64,000 nucleotides of DNA, taken from Nitrospirota bacterium. Its GTDB lineage: Bacteria > Nitrospirota > Thermodesulfovibrionia > Thermodesulfovibrionales > JdFR-86. The stretch lies in NCBI GenBank assembly GCA_963721805.1, contig CAVRJY010000002.1:352001-416000 (forward strand), given 5' to 3'. The translations under genes and the position numbers were made by a program. Position 1 is the first letter of the stretch. Each line of letters begins with the position of its first letter. The notes under the pieces were generated by a model. It saw only the letters and a program-made list of their open reading frames with translations, was not told where the DNA came from and did no database searches. Below are positions 49,612 to 59,058 of this stretch, piece after piece.

Positions 49612-51045
49612 ATGGGCAGGAAACTCTTCATACTGGCCGCACTCGTGGCCGTGGGCGTCATGCTCGGGTTCGCGGCCGTGCGGTATAAAGACTACGTGCT
49701 GCCACTGCTGGGCATGCACGCCAAGGATACCGCTGCGCTGGCGGTCAGGGAGCCCTCCGCGGCCGTCAACCCGCTTCGCGGCGGGTCTGACTTCGCCTCG
49801 CTCGTCCAATCTATCTCCCCCTCCGTGGTCTCGATTTCGGCCAGCGGGGGCGGGACGGACTACTCCAGGGGCGCAACGTACGAGGAACTCGGCGCTGGCA
49901 TCATAGTCTCGGCCGAGGGCCATGTCGCGACGAGCGCGCACCTCGTCTCGGGGGCCGAGAGCATTACGGTAACGCTCGGCGACCGGCGGTCGTTCAGCGC
50001 CCGCGTGGTCGGGCTCGACAGCCTGACCGACCTCGCGGTGGTCAGGATCGACGCCCCTGCCGGGCTTATGCGGCTTGCATGGGCGGACTCTGACCGGGCG
50101 CGCGCCGGGGATTTCGTGCTTGCGGTCGGCAACCCCTTCGGGCTCGAGCATTCCGTGACGCTCGGGATAGTGAGCGCGCGCGGACGGGCGAGGATAGGGC
50201 AGCTTGACGAGGAGTTCATCCAGACCGACGCGGCTATAAACCCGGGCAACTCCGGCGGCCCGCTGCTGGATAGCTCCGGCGCGGTCCTGGGCGTAGTGAC
50301 CGGGGCATACCCTCAGTCCGGCACGTATCCGGGCATAGGGTTCGCGGTGCCGTCCAATACCGCCCGGCCTGTGATCGAGGCGCTCATGCGCGACGGCCGC
50401 GTGCGGCGCGGCTGGATAGGGGCTGCGTCCGAGGACATGACGCCGGAGCTCGCGGCCGCCTTCGGGTATAAGGGTGACGATGCCGCGGGCGCGGTGCTCA
50501 CGGACGTGGCACCCGGCGGCCCGGCCGAGCGGGCGGGGCTTAAGCGCGGGGATATCATAATCGAGTTTGGAGGTCATAAGGTCGAGTCCTCATCCTCTTT
50601 GGGCGGGCTCGTTGCGCTGACGCCTCCGGGCGAGAAGCGGCAGGTAACGCTCTTCCGCTCTGGGCGCAAGTGGGGCACGGCTCTCGATGTGGCCGAATCG
50701 CCCGAGAGCACCGCAGCGGAGCACAGGGCACCGCCCCCATCCGCTAACGCCCCGACAGGGCCGTTCTGGGGCCTGGGGGCCTCGGCGCTCACCGAGGACA
50801 TCTCGCGGCAGCTCGGCCTCAGGTCGGCGGACCGGTACGGCGTCGTGGTCGCCTCCGTGGCCGAGGGCTCACCCGCCAGCCGCGCCGGGATCAGGCGCGG
50901 CGACGTGATCCAGAGCATCGGCGGACGCCGCATCAATACTCCTTCGGAGTTCAGCCGCGTGGCGGGCGGGCAGAGGGCGTCCTCGCTGGTGTTCGTCAAC
51001 AGGGGCTCCGCCGGGATGTTTTATGCGATCTTATCCGCCCGCTGA
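49612..51045 (+). CDS. HtrA/DegP-family serine protease with two PDZ domains
   Basis: TSAHLV, DLAVV, QTDAAINPGNSGGPL and two PDZ-like regions (PAERAGLKRGD, PASRAGIRRGD). Confidence 0.92.
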   Translation: MGRKLFILAALVAVGVMLGFAAVRYKDYVLPLLGMHAKDTAALAVREPSAAVNPLRGGSDFASLVQSISPSVVSISASGGGTDYSRGATYEELGAGIIVSAEGHVATSAHLVSGAESITVTLGDRRSFSARVVGLDSLTDLAVVRIDAPAGLMRLAWADSDRARAGDFVLAVGNPFGLEHSVTLGIVSARGRARIGQLDEEFIQTDAAINPGNSGGPLLDSSGAVLGVVTGAYPQSGTYPGIGFAVPSNTARPVIEALMRDGRVRRGWIGAASEDMTPELAAAFGYKGDDAAGAVLTDVAPGGPAERAGLKRGDIIIEFGGHKVESSSSLGGLVALTPPGEKRQVTLFRSGRKWGTALDVAESPESTAAEHRAPPPSANAPTGPFWGLGASALTEDISRQLGLRSADRYGVVVASVAEGSPASRAGIRRGDVIQSIGGRRINTPSEFSRVAGGQRASSLVFVNRGSAGMFYAILSAR

Positions 51046-51094
51046 CGGGCGGCGTTATCATATTTTTCATACATAGGAAAGGGGGGACGCAATC

Positions 51095-52096
51095 ATGCTG
51101 ATGGGATTTCGGATTTTGGTGCTTGCCGCGGCCGTCGTGGCCGGGCTTTACATGGGACGCAGGATGGACCAGCCCGCCGTGGGTGCGATGCTCGGGGGAC
51201 TGGCCGGGATACTCGCGATACTGTTTGAGTGGAGGCTCAAGAAACTCCCGCTGGGCTCGATAGTGGGCGGGGTGCTCGGGCTCGCAACAGGCGTCGGCAC
51301 CGCGGCGCTCTTCATGCTCCCGATCAAGGGGCTGCTCGGGATGGACGCGGCCGCTGTGTCGTTCCTGCTCGGGAGCCTGCTCGGTTACGGCGGGCTCCTG
51401 TTCGGCATAAGCAGGGGCGAGAGGCTGAGCTTCAACTCCATGCTCAGGCTGGCCAAGGGGCAGGGGCCGGAGCTGTACCTCAAGCTCCTCGACACGAGCG
51501 TGATCATCGACGGCCGCATAGCGGACGTCTGCGAGACCGGGTTTCTGGACGGCGTCTTCGTAGTGCCGCAGTTCATCCTGCACGAGCTTCAGTACGTGGC
51601 CGACTCCCCTGACCCGCAGAAGCGCTCGCGCGGCAGGCGCGGCCTCGACATCCTGCACCGCATCCAGAAGATGGCCCACATCACGGTGAAGATCGTCGAG
51701 GACGACTTCCCGAAGATCCGCGAGGTCGACGCCAAGCTCGTAGCGCTCGCCAAGACGCTCGACGCCAAGATCATCACGAACGACTTCAACCTCAACAAGG
51801 TCGCGGAGCTCCAGGGCGTCTCGGTGCTGAACGTCAACGAGCTCGCCAACTCGCTCAAGCCGGTCGTGCTCCCAGGCGAGGCCCTGCGCGTCTTCATCCT
51901 CAAGGAGGGCAAGGAGCAGAACCAGGGCGTGGCGTACCTCGAGGACGGCACCATGGTGGTCGTCGAAAACGGCAGGAAGCTGATCGGCAAGAACGTCGCG
52001 GTCGCGGTGACCAGCGTGCTCCAGACCACGGCCGGGCGCATGATCTTCACCAAGACGCGCGAGGACTACGACCGCGACGGCGGACAGCGCGAATGA
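51095..52096 (+). CDS. PIN/TRAM domain membrane protein (YacL-like)
   Basis: LLDTSVIIDGRI, RGRRGLDIL, TNDFNLNKVA, YLEDGTMVVVE. Precedes ispD. Confidence 0.9.
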   Translation: MLMGFRILVLAAAVVAGLYMGRRMDQPAVGAMLGGLAGILAILFEWRLKKLPLGSIVGGVLGLATGVGTAALFMLPIKGLLGMDAAAVSFLLGSLLGYGGLLFGISRGERLSFNSMLRLAKGQGPELYLKLLDTSVIIDGRIADVCETGFLDGVFVVPQFILHELQYVADSPDPQKRSRGRRGLDILHRIQKMAHITVKIVEDDFPKIREVDAKLVALAKTLDAKIITNDFNLNKVAELQGVSVLNVNELANSLKPVVLPGEALRVFILKEGKEQNQGVAYLEDGTMVVVENGRKLIGKNVAVAVTSVLQTTAGRMIFTKTREDYDRDGGQRE

Positions 52097-52105
52097 GGGC
52101 TGCTG

Positions 52106-52840
52106 ATGCCTAACCGCAAGGTCATAGCCATTGTGCCTGCCGCCGGGCTCGGGCTCAGGTTCGGACGCACGCCGGGCAGGCATAAGTCCTCGCAATTCCC
52201 GGCCGCGAAGCAGTACGCGATGTTCGGCGGCAGGCCCCTGCTGCTGTGGGCGCTTGAGGTGCTCGAACGCTCGCCCCTGATCACCGAGATCGTGCCCGTG
52301 CTCCGAAGCGGCGACGAGCCGCTCGGGATGTCGCTCGCGCACGAGTACAAGATCAGGAAGGTCAGCCATATCGTCAGCGGCGGAGCGGAGCGGCAGGACT
52401 CGGTCCTGAATGCCCTGCGCGCCATCGAGGGCTTCATCGGAACGGTGCTCATACACGACGGCGTCCGGCCGTTTCTGACAAACGCGATCATCAAGCGCAC
52501 GCTCGAGGGCCTCAAGGGCGCTGACGGCTCGGTCGCCTCCGTCGCTCCGAAGGACACGATCAAGGAGGCGGACAGCGACGGCATCGCCGTAAGGACGCCC
52601 GCGCGCGACACGCTCAGGATCATACAGACCCCGCAGGTCTTCGGGTACGAGATCATCCGCGACGCGTACGAACGCGCAAAGCGCGAGCGCGTGCGCGCGA
52701 CGGACGACGCCACGCTCGTCGAGCGCATAGGCGGCCACGTGCGGCTCGTCGAGGGCGCATATACGAACCTGAAGGTCACGACGCGTGAGGACATGCTGAT
52801 CGCCGAGGCTCTCGTCGGGGAGGGGCTGTGGGCGACATAG
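52106..52840 (+). CDS. ispD: 2-C-methyl-D-erythritol 4-phosphate cytidylyltransferase
   Basis: PAAGLGLRF, GGAERQDSV, HDGVRP, QTPQVF, TDDA. Confidence 0.94.
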   Translation: MPNRKVIAIVPAAGLGLRFGRTPGRHKSSQFPAAKQYAMFGGRPLLLWALEVLERSPLITEIVPVLRSGDEPLGMSLAHEYKIRKVSHIVSGGAERQDSVLNALRAIEGFIGTVLIHDGVRPFLTNAIIKRTLEGLKGADGSVASVAPKDTIKEADSDGIAVRTPARDTLRIIQTPQVFGYEIIRDAYERAKRERVRATDDATLVERIGGHVRLVEGAYTNLKVTTREDMLIAEALVGEGLWAT

Positions 52841-53310
52841 GGCTGCGCGTCGGGATGGGCTATGACTCGCACAGGCTCGTCGAGGGACGGCCCCTGGTTC
52901 TCGGCGGCGTGACGGTCCCGTTCGACCGCGGCCCGCTCGGCCACTCCGACGGCGACGCGCTCGTCCACGCGGTCATCGACGCGATCCTCGGCGCGATGGG
53001 CGAGGGCGACATAGGCCGCATGTTCCCGGATACCGACCCGCAGTACAAGGGAATCGACAGCATGGCGCTTCTTGCTCGCACGACCGCGCTCGCGCGCGAG
53101 CGCGGCTGGGCGGTGCAGTGGGTTGACGCCACGGTCGTGATAGAGAGGCCCAGGCTCGCGCCATACATCGAGGCCATGCGCGAGAGGATCGCATCGGCGG
53201 GGATACTCGGGGTCAGCGTAAAGGCCAAATCGGACGAAGGGATGGGGTTTGTGGGGACCGGGGAGGGCATCGCCGCACACGCTGTGTGTCTCCTCACGCG
53301 GCTCAAGTAA
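52828..53310 (+). CDS. ispF: 2-C-methyl-D-erythritol 2,4-cyclodiphosphate synthase
   Basis: RVGMGYDSH, GHSDGD, GDIG. Confidence 0.95.
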   Translation: MGDIGLRVGMGYDSHRLVEGRPLVLGGVTVPFDRGPLGHSDGDALVHAVIDAILGAMGEGDIGRMFPDTDPQYKGIDSMALLARTTALARERGWAVQWVDATVVIERPRLAPYIEAMRERIASAGILGVSVKAKSDEGMGFVGTGEGIAAHAVCLLTRLK

Positions 53311-53319
53311 CCCTTTTTC

Positions 53320-53440
53320 AAAGCGCTCCAAATCGCTTGATACGTCGTTGGGCATCGAAGACTCGCCCTCTATGTACGCCCAAGTACACCATCGGGCGGT
53401 TTCCTCGACCTTCCTAGTCTGACGCGATTTATCGCGCTTT
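53320..53440 (-). repeat. Hairpin repeat copy F (GGTCAACGGCA at 53479-53489)
   Basis: + strand AAAGCGCTCCAAATCGCTTGATACGTCGTTGGGC...CCTAGTCTGACGCGATTTATCGCGCTTT, starting 9 nt after the ispF stop. Confidence 0.92.
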
Positions 53441-53828
53441 GCGAAGTGCGCGGCCCAGCCGCTGCCTCCGCGCCTCGTGGTCAACGGCATGATCGGGATT
53501 CCGCCCATCGGCTTACTATAGTTACGCATACCGCGCGCGCGCCTTTTTTTTTATAGCGTTCGGATGTTTGAGGCAAAATCAAGGCTAACCCGACGAAAAA
53601 CAACGATTTGCTGACCGAAACCTCGTTCGGATGTTCGGATGTTTTTGGCCGAAACCCGGGCGATGTTCGAATCCAGTCTGATATTAGTTTAAGTGCGTAA
53701 ACTTTCCGGATCTCTAGGCCAGCTAAATATATCTCTATACACATCGTGCGCGATGATAAACCAACAGGGCGGAACTGCGCCATGGGAACTGGTTCCTAGG
53801 AACCGGTTCCATGGAACCAGTTCCTAGG

Positions 53829-55028
53829 TGTAAAGGTTACGCTCTTACCGGACAGTATCAGGCTGGAAAAAGCAGGCGGCAGCCAGCCCTTCCATCGGTT
53901 AGAATGTTTCACCACAAAACACAGACCGAAGGAGGAAGGGCATGACTGCCAAAGAAAAGATATCACAAGGGAGGCTTTCAATGCTTCAGCTGGCCGAGAG
54001 GCTCAGGAACGTGTCGGAGGCCTGTCGCCGCCGGGGGGTGAGCCGCAGCCAGTTTTACGAGTACAAGCGGGCGTTTCAGGAGCAGGGGTTTGCGGGGCTC
54101 GCGGACCTTCCGCCGATAGCGCGTAGCTGTCCCCACAAGACGCCTGAGGAGGCCCGCAAGCGAGTGATCGAGATGAGCCTTGCTCACCCCCGGTGGGGGA
54201 AGCAGCGCATCTTCGAGCACCTGCTTCTGGAGGGCATATTGGTGCGTCCCTCAACTGTGTATCGCATCCAGGTTCGCGAGGGGCTGGAGTCGAAGGCCAA
54301 GCGCATCCTCCGGCTTGAGCAGGAGGCTAACGGCAAGGAGATCGAGCTAACGGAGGAGCAGGTCAAGCTCATCGAGCGGGCCAATCCGTGCTTCAGGGAA
54401 AGGCATGTGGAGAGCGCATATCCGGGCTATCTGCTCAGCCAGGACACCTTCACGGTGGGCAAGCTCAAGGGCATCGGGACCGTGTATCTGCAGGCCGTGG
54501 TGGACACGTACGGCTCTTATGCCTTCGGCAAGCTGTACACGTCGAAGAGGCCCGAGACGGCGGCCGACGTGCTCTACGACCGCGTGCTGCCGTTTTACGA
54601 GGACCATGGCATCAGGGTCCAGCATGTCCTGACGGACAACGGCTCGGAGTACTGCGGCAAGCTGCTGCGGCATCCGTACGAGCTGTTTCTGGCGCTTCAC
54701 GACATCGCGCATCGAAGGACGAAGGTGGCGACACCGAGGACAAACGGATTCGTGGAGCGGTTTAATCGCACCATCCTGGACGAGTTCTTCTCGGAGACGT
54801 TCAGGTACCGGTTCTACGCATCGCTCGATGAGCTGCAGTATGACCTCGACCGGTGGCTGCACCACTACAACAACGAGCGCCCTCACAAGGGCTATCGCAA
54901 CATGGGCAGACGGCCAATAGAAACTATCGAGCTGGGCAAAAAGCTAAGACAGAAAGCTGAGGAGGAGGCCGCCTGATCAGTGCGACCGATGAGATGGAAA
55001 ACTGTCCGGAGAGCACTGGACTTTTACA
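53829..55028 (+). mobile_element. IS481-family insertion sequence (1200 bp) with 8-bp TTCCTAGG target duplication
   Basis: TGT...ACA ends: TGTAAAGGTTACGCTCTTACCGGACAGT and rc TGTAAAAGTCCAGTGCTCTCCGGACAGT. TTCCTAGG at 53821-53828 and 55029-55036. Confidence 0.93.
53942..54976 (+). CDS. IS481-family transposase
   Basis: NVSEACRRRGVSRSQFY, QDTF.VG, LTDNGSEYCG, PRTNGFVERFNRT, YNNERPH. Confidence 0.95.
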   Translation: MTAKEKISQGRLSMLQLAERLRNVSEACRRRGVSRSQFYEYKRAFQEQGFAGLADLPPIARSCPHKTPEEARKRVIEMSLAHPRWGKQRIFEHLLLEGILVRPSTVYRIQVREGLESKAKRILRLEQEANGKEIELTEEQVKLIERANPCFRERHVESAYPGYLLSQDTFTVGKLKGIGTVYLQAVVDTYGSYAFGKLYTSKRPETAADVLYDRVLPFYEDHGIRVQHVLTDNGSEYCGKLLRHPYELFLALHDIAHRRTKVATPRTNGFVERFNRTILDEFFSETFRYRFYASLDELQYDLDRWLHHYNNERPHKGYRNMGRRPIETIELGKKLRQKAEEEAA

Positions 55029-55159
55029 TTCCTAGGAGTCGGTTCCGTTGATCTATGAAACCCAACAGCGGTGCGTGTTTAGCTTGCCAAGGGAGAGGGC
55101 AGGGGGCTATTTTAAATCAATGCCGTTGACCGCTCGCACGATTATGCAGGTGCTACATT

Positions 55160-55284
55160 AAAGCGCGCCCAAATTGTCTTCAGACTAGGAACGGCGAGAA
55201 GACCGCCCGATGGTGTACTGGGATGTACATAGAGGGCGCGTCTTCGCAGCCGTGACGACGTATCAAGCGATTTGGCGCGGCTTT
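55160..55284 (+). repeat. Hairpin repeat copy G (TGCCGTTGACC at 55121-55131); overlaps the nuoM stop
   Basis: AAAGCGCGCCCAAATTGTCTTCAGACTAGG...GTGTACTGGGATGTACATAGAGGGC...ACGACGTATCAAGCGATTTGGCGCGGCTTT. Confidence 0.92.
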
Positions 55285-56791
55285 AGAAGATGGAGCTAAT
55301 AAAGGATTGCGCCAGATTCAGTTCCTGCGGGCGAATGTTGACGCGCGATAGCAGATGCTCCACGCTCGGGTGCAGGAACCCCAGGAACGCGTTTGGATAT
55401 ATGCCGATCCAGAATATCAGCACGATCATCGGCGCGAGCGTCAGGATCTCGCGGATGTCGATGTCCTTCAAGACCGAGACCTTGGGCGTCACCTCAAGGA
55501 AGAAGACCCTCTGATAGAGCCAGAGCATATAGCCCGCGCCGATGATGACGCCGGTCGCGGCGAACGCGCCGGCCATCTTCGAGGCCGTGAAACCGCCCAG
55601 CAGGATCAGGAACTCGCCTACGAACCCGTTCATGCTCGGAAGCCCGATCGAGGCCAGAGTGAAGATCAAAAACAGCGCTGAGAAGACCGGCATCACGGTG
55701 GCCGTCCCGCCGTAGTCCGCGATGCGGCGCGTATGCGTGCGCTCGTATATCGCCCCGACCGAGAGGAAGAGCCCGCCGGTCACGATGCCGTGGTTGACCA
55801 TCTGGAGGATGCCGCCCTCCATGCCCTGCGTGTTGAGCGAGAAAATACCTAGCGTCACGAACCCCATGTGGCTGACCGAGCTGTACGCGATCAGGCGTTT
55901 TAAGTCGGTCTGCGCGAGGCAGACGACCGCGCCGTAGATGATCGCTATAACCGAGAGCGTGAGCATCACAGGGGTCATGGCCACCGTGGCGGCCGGGAAG
56001 AGCGGGAGCGAGAAGCGCAGGAAGCCGTATGCGCCCATCTTGATCAGCACCGCCGCGAGTACGACGCTGCCCGCTGTAGGGGCCTCGGTATGCGCGTCGG
56101 GCAGCCAGGTGTGCACAGGGAACATCGGCACCTTCACGGCGAAGGCCGCGAAGAAGGCCCAGAAGAGCCAGAACTGGAGCTTGTAGGAATATGCGTGCTC
56201 GGCGAGCTCGCGTATGTCGAGCGTGTGGCTGACGCTATAGAGCGTGATAATGCCGACGAGCATCAGGACGCTTCCGACGAGCGTATAGAGGAAGAACTTG
56301 ATCGCGGCGTACACGCGGTTCGGCCCGCCCCAGACGCCGATAAGGAGGAACATCGGGATCAGCATCGCCTCCCAGAAGATGTAGAACAGGAAGAGGTCCA
56401 TTGCGCAGAACACGCCGATCATCGCGCCTTCGAGGATGAGGAGCGCCATGTAGAACTCCTTGACCTTCTTCGTGATCGCGTTCCATGAGATCGTGATGCA
56501 GAGGATCGTGACGAGCGTCGAGAGCAGGACGAACAGCACGCTTATGCCGTCCACTCCGAGCGAGTAGCGGACGTTGAAGGCATCTATCCAGGGCGCGGAC
56601 TCCTGAAACTGCATCGCGAACGTCGTGGTGTCAAACGAGCTAAACAGCGGCAGCGAGAGCAGGAACGTTATGAAGCTCAGCGTGAGCGCCGAGTATTTGA
56701 TCGCGGCCTCGTTGGAGCGCGGGATCATGCCTATGACCAGCCCGCCGACTATCGGCAGGAAGATCAGCGCGCTCAGTATCGGATAACCCAT
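55283..56791 (-). CDS. nuoM: NADH-quinone oxidoreductase subunit M
   Basis: FWEAMLIPM, KVPMFPVHTWLPDAHTEAPT, AYSSVSHMG. Confidence 0.95.
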   Translation of the reverse strand: MGYPILSALIFLPIVGGLVIGMIPRSNEAAIKYSALTLSFITFLLSLPLFSSFDTTTFAMQFQESAPWIDAFNVRYSLGVDGISVLFVLLSTLVTILCITISWNAITKKVKEFYMALLILEGAMIGVFCAMDLFLFYIFWEAMLIPMFLLIGVWGGPNRVYAAIKFFLYTLVGSVLMLVGIITLYSVSHTLDIRELAEHAYSYKLQFWLFWAFFAAFAVKVPMFPVHTWLPDAHTEAPTAGSVVLAAVLIKMGAYGFLRFSLPLFPAATVAMTPVMLTLSVIAIIYGAVVCLAQTDLKRLIAYSSVSHMGFVTLGIFSLNTQGMEGGILQMVNHGIVTGGLFLSVGAIYERTHTRRIADYGGTATVMPVFSALFLIFTLASIGLPSMNGFVGEFLILLGGFTASKMAGAFAATGVIIGAGYMLWLYQRVFFLEVTPKVSVLKDIDIREILTLAPMIVLIFWIGIYPNAFLGFLHPSVEHLLSRVNIRPQELNLAQSFISSIF

Positions 56792-56801
56792 GTGTCCCCC
56801 T

Positions 56802-58727
56802 CTATTGCCAGAACAGCGCGATGGCGGCCGCGATCAGGAGCCCGACCGCCATGGCCGAGCCGTAGTGGTGCAGCACGCCGGTCTGCGCCTTGCGCAGCAC
56901 GCCGCTTAAGGCCCCAATGCCGCGCGGGACGCCGTTTACGATGCCCTCGATGATCCGGCCGTCCGTGACCCTGACGATCACGTTCTCGGCCACCCACATC
57001 GTGGGCCTGATGACCGTGAGGTCATAGAACTCGTCCACGTAGTACTTGTTCCAGAGCACGCGGTGCACCCCGCGGAAGTTCGCCAGCACGCGCTCCGGGA
57101 TCGAGGTGTCCCTCAGGTAGACGTAATACGCCCCGAAGATGCCGATCACCCCGCACATTATCGAGATGAACATGACCATCATCTCCTCGGCGTGCGTGCC
57201 GTGGGCCTCGGGCTCGCCGAGCACAGGGGCGAGGAACGCCGCGAACTTGTCAGCGTGCTCGCCGCCAAGGAGCGGCGAGATCCCGATCCAGCCTGCCGCT
57301 ACGGCCCCTACCGCCAGTATCGCAAGCGGGATGGTCATGTTCTTTGGGGACTCGTGCAGGTGGTGTTCCTGCTCGTGCGTCCCGCGGAACTTGCCGTGGA
57401 ACGTGAGGAAGAAGATCCTGAAGGAGTAAAATGCCGTAATGAGCGCGGTGATCGTGCCAAGCACCCAGACGAACTTGCCTACCGCGCCTCCGTTGTATGC
57501 CTGCCAGAGTATCTCGTCCTTGCTGAAGAACCCGGCGAACCCCGGCACCCCGGAGATGCTCAGCGAGGCCAGCAGGAACGTCCAGTAGGTCCAGGGCATG
57601 TACTTCCTGAGCCCGCCCATCTTCTGGATGTCGAGCACCCCGCCCATCGCGTGCATGACGCTGCCGGCCCCCAAAAACAGGAGGGCCTTGAAGAACGCGT
57701 GCGTGTAAAGGTGGAATATCCCCGCCGCATACGCCCCGACGCCGCAGGCCACGAACATGTAGCCGAGCTGGCTTATCGTCGAGTACGCGATGACGCGCTT
57801 GATGTCGTTTTGGACGAGCGCGATGGTGGCCGCAAAGAGCGATGTCACCGCCCCTGTGATCGCGACGACCATGAGCGCCTTTTCGGACAGCCCGAAGATC
57901 GGGTTACACCGCGCGATCATAAACACGCCGGCCGTGACCATCGTAGCGGCGTGGATCAGGGCGCTGACCGGGGTGGGGCCTTCCATGGCGTCCGGCAGCC
58001 AGACGTGCAGCGGAATCTGCGCGGACTTGCCGATCGCGCCGCAGAACAGCAGCAGCGCGATTACGGTGATGAGGTCATAATCCGTCCCGAATATGTTGAT
58101 CGTGTGGCCGACGAGGTTCTTGACCCCTATGAAGGCCGGGGCGTAGTGTATCGTGCCTACTGAGAGGAACAGGAGCATGATGCCGAGCCCGAAGCCGAAG
58201 TCGCCGAAGCGGTTGACGATGAAGGCCTTCTTGCCCGCGTCAGAGGCCGATTTCTTTTCGTAGTAATACCCGATCAGGAAGTACGAGCAGAGGCCGACGG
58301 CCTCCCAGCCGAAGTAGAGCTGCAGGAAGTTGTTGGCCATCACGAGCATGAGCATCGAGAAGGTAAACAGGCTGAGATATGCGAAGAACCTGTAGTAGCC
58401 CTCCTCGCCGTGCATGTACCCGATGGAGTAGATGTGCACGAGGCTCGATACCGTCGTGACTACGATGAGCATCACGCACGTCAGCGGGTCTACGAGGAAC
58501 CCGACCGTCGCCCTGAACCCCCCTGAGTTGATCCACTCAAAGAGGTCGACGTTATAGGTGTGGCCGTTTATGACGCTTAGGAGCGTGGCCAGCGAGATCA
58601 GCCACGAGGCCACGACGGCCGGGACTGCCACCAGATGGGCGTTGTGGCCGATGTAGCGCTTGCCGAAGAGGATGTTAATGGCGAAGGCCAGAAGCGGTAT
58701 AAACGGTATCAGGATGAATGCGTTCAT
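56802..58727 (-). CDS. nuoL: NADH-quinone oxidoreductase subunit L
   Basis: NRFGD, KSAQIPLHVWLPDAMEGPTPVSALIHAATMV. Confidence 0.96.
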   Translation of the reverse strand: MNAFILIPFIPLLAFAINILFGKRYIGHNAHLVAVPAVVASWLISLATLLSVINGHTYNVDLFEWINSGGFRATVGFLVDPLTCVMLIVVTTVSSLVHIYSIGYMHGEEGYYRFFAYLSLFTFSMLMLVMANNFLQLYFGWEAVGLCSYFLIGYYYEKKSASDAGKKAFIVNRFGDFGFGLGIMLLFLSVGTIHYAPAFIGVKNLVGHTINIFGTDYDLITVIALLLFCGAIGKSAQIPLHVWLPDAMEGPTPVSALIHAATMVTAGVFMIARCNPIFGLSEKALMVVAITGAVTSLFAATIALVQNDIKRVIAYSTISQLGYMFVACGVGAYAAGIFHLYTHAFFKALLFLGAGSVMHAMGGVLDIQKMGGLRKYMPWTYWTFLLASLSISGVPGFAGFFSKDEILWQAYNGGAVGKFVWVLGTITALITAFYSFRIFFLTFHGKFRGTHEQEHHLHESPKNMTIPLAILAVGAVAAGWIGISPLLGGEHADKFAAFLAPVLGEPEAHGTHAEEMMVMFISIMCGVIGIFGAYYVYLRDTSIPERVLANFRGVHRVLWNKYYVDEFYDLTVIRPTMWVAENVIVRVTDGRIIEGIVNGVPRGIGALSGVLRKAQTGVLHHYGSAMAVGLLIAAAIALFWQ

Positions 58728-58734
58728 GGCGCGG

Positions 58735-59058
58735 TTACCCCTTGAGCTCCGTCATCTCGTCCACGTGCGCGGTCTCCTTGTTGCGGTAGACCGCTATGAT
58801 GATCGCCAGGCCGATGGCCGCCTCGGCCGCCGCGACCGCTATGATGAAGAACGCCAGTATCTGCCCCCGCAGGTCCTGCATATAGTGGCTGAAGGCCACG
58901 AGGCTTATGTTGACGGCGTTGAGCATCAGCTCGACCGACATGAACATGATGATGATGTTGCGCCTCAGGAGGAAGCCCGCCACCCCGACCACGAACAACG
59001 CGGCCGAGAGCCAGATATACCAATCCAGTGGGACGTAGTACAAGGTATCGGGCCTCAT
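58735..59058 (-). CDS. nuoK: NADH-quinone oxidoreductase subunit K
   Basis: RRNII..MSVELMLNA, AAAEAAIGLA. Confidence 0.95.
   Translation of the reverse strand: MRPDTLYYVPLDWYIWLSAALFVVGVAGFLLRRNIIIMFMSVELMLNAVNISLVAFSHYMQDLRGQILAFFIIAVAAAEAAIGLAIIIAVYRNKETAHVDEMTELKG

Larger units (their letters stand above)
53771..55046. repeat. 14-bp-period array of GGAACNNGTTCC palindromes, interrupted by IS481
   Basis: Units at 53785, 53799 and 53813, a degenerate unit at 53771, and GGAGTCGGTTCC restored after removing the IS. Confidence 0.85.

Noticed and set aside
53771..53828. Palindromic tandem array as a CRISPR
   Set aside because: The units are 12 bp with 2-bp gaps, there are no unique spacers and no cas genes.
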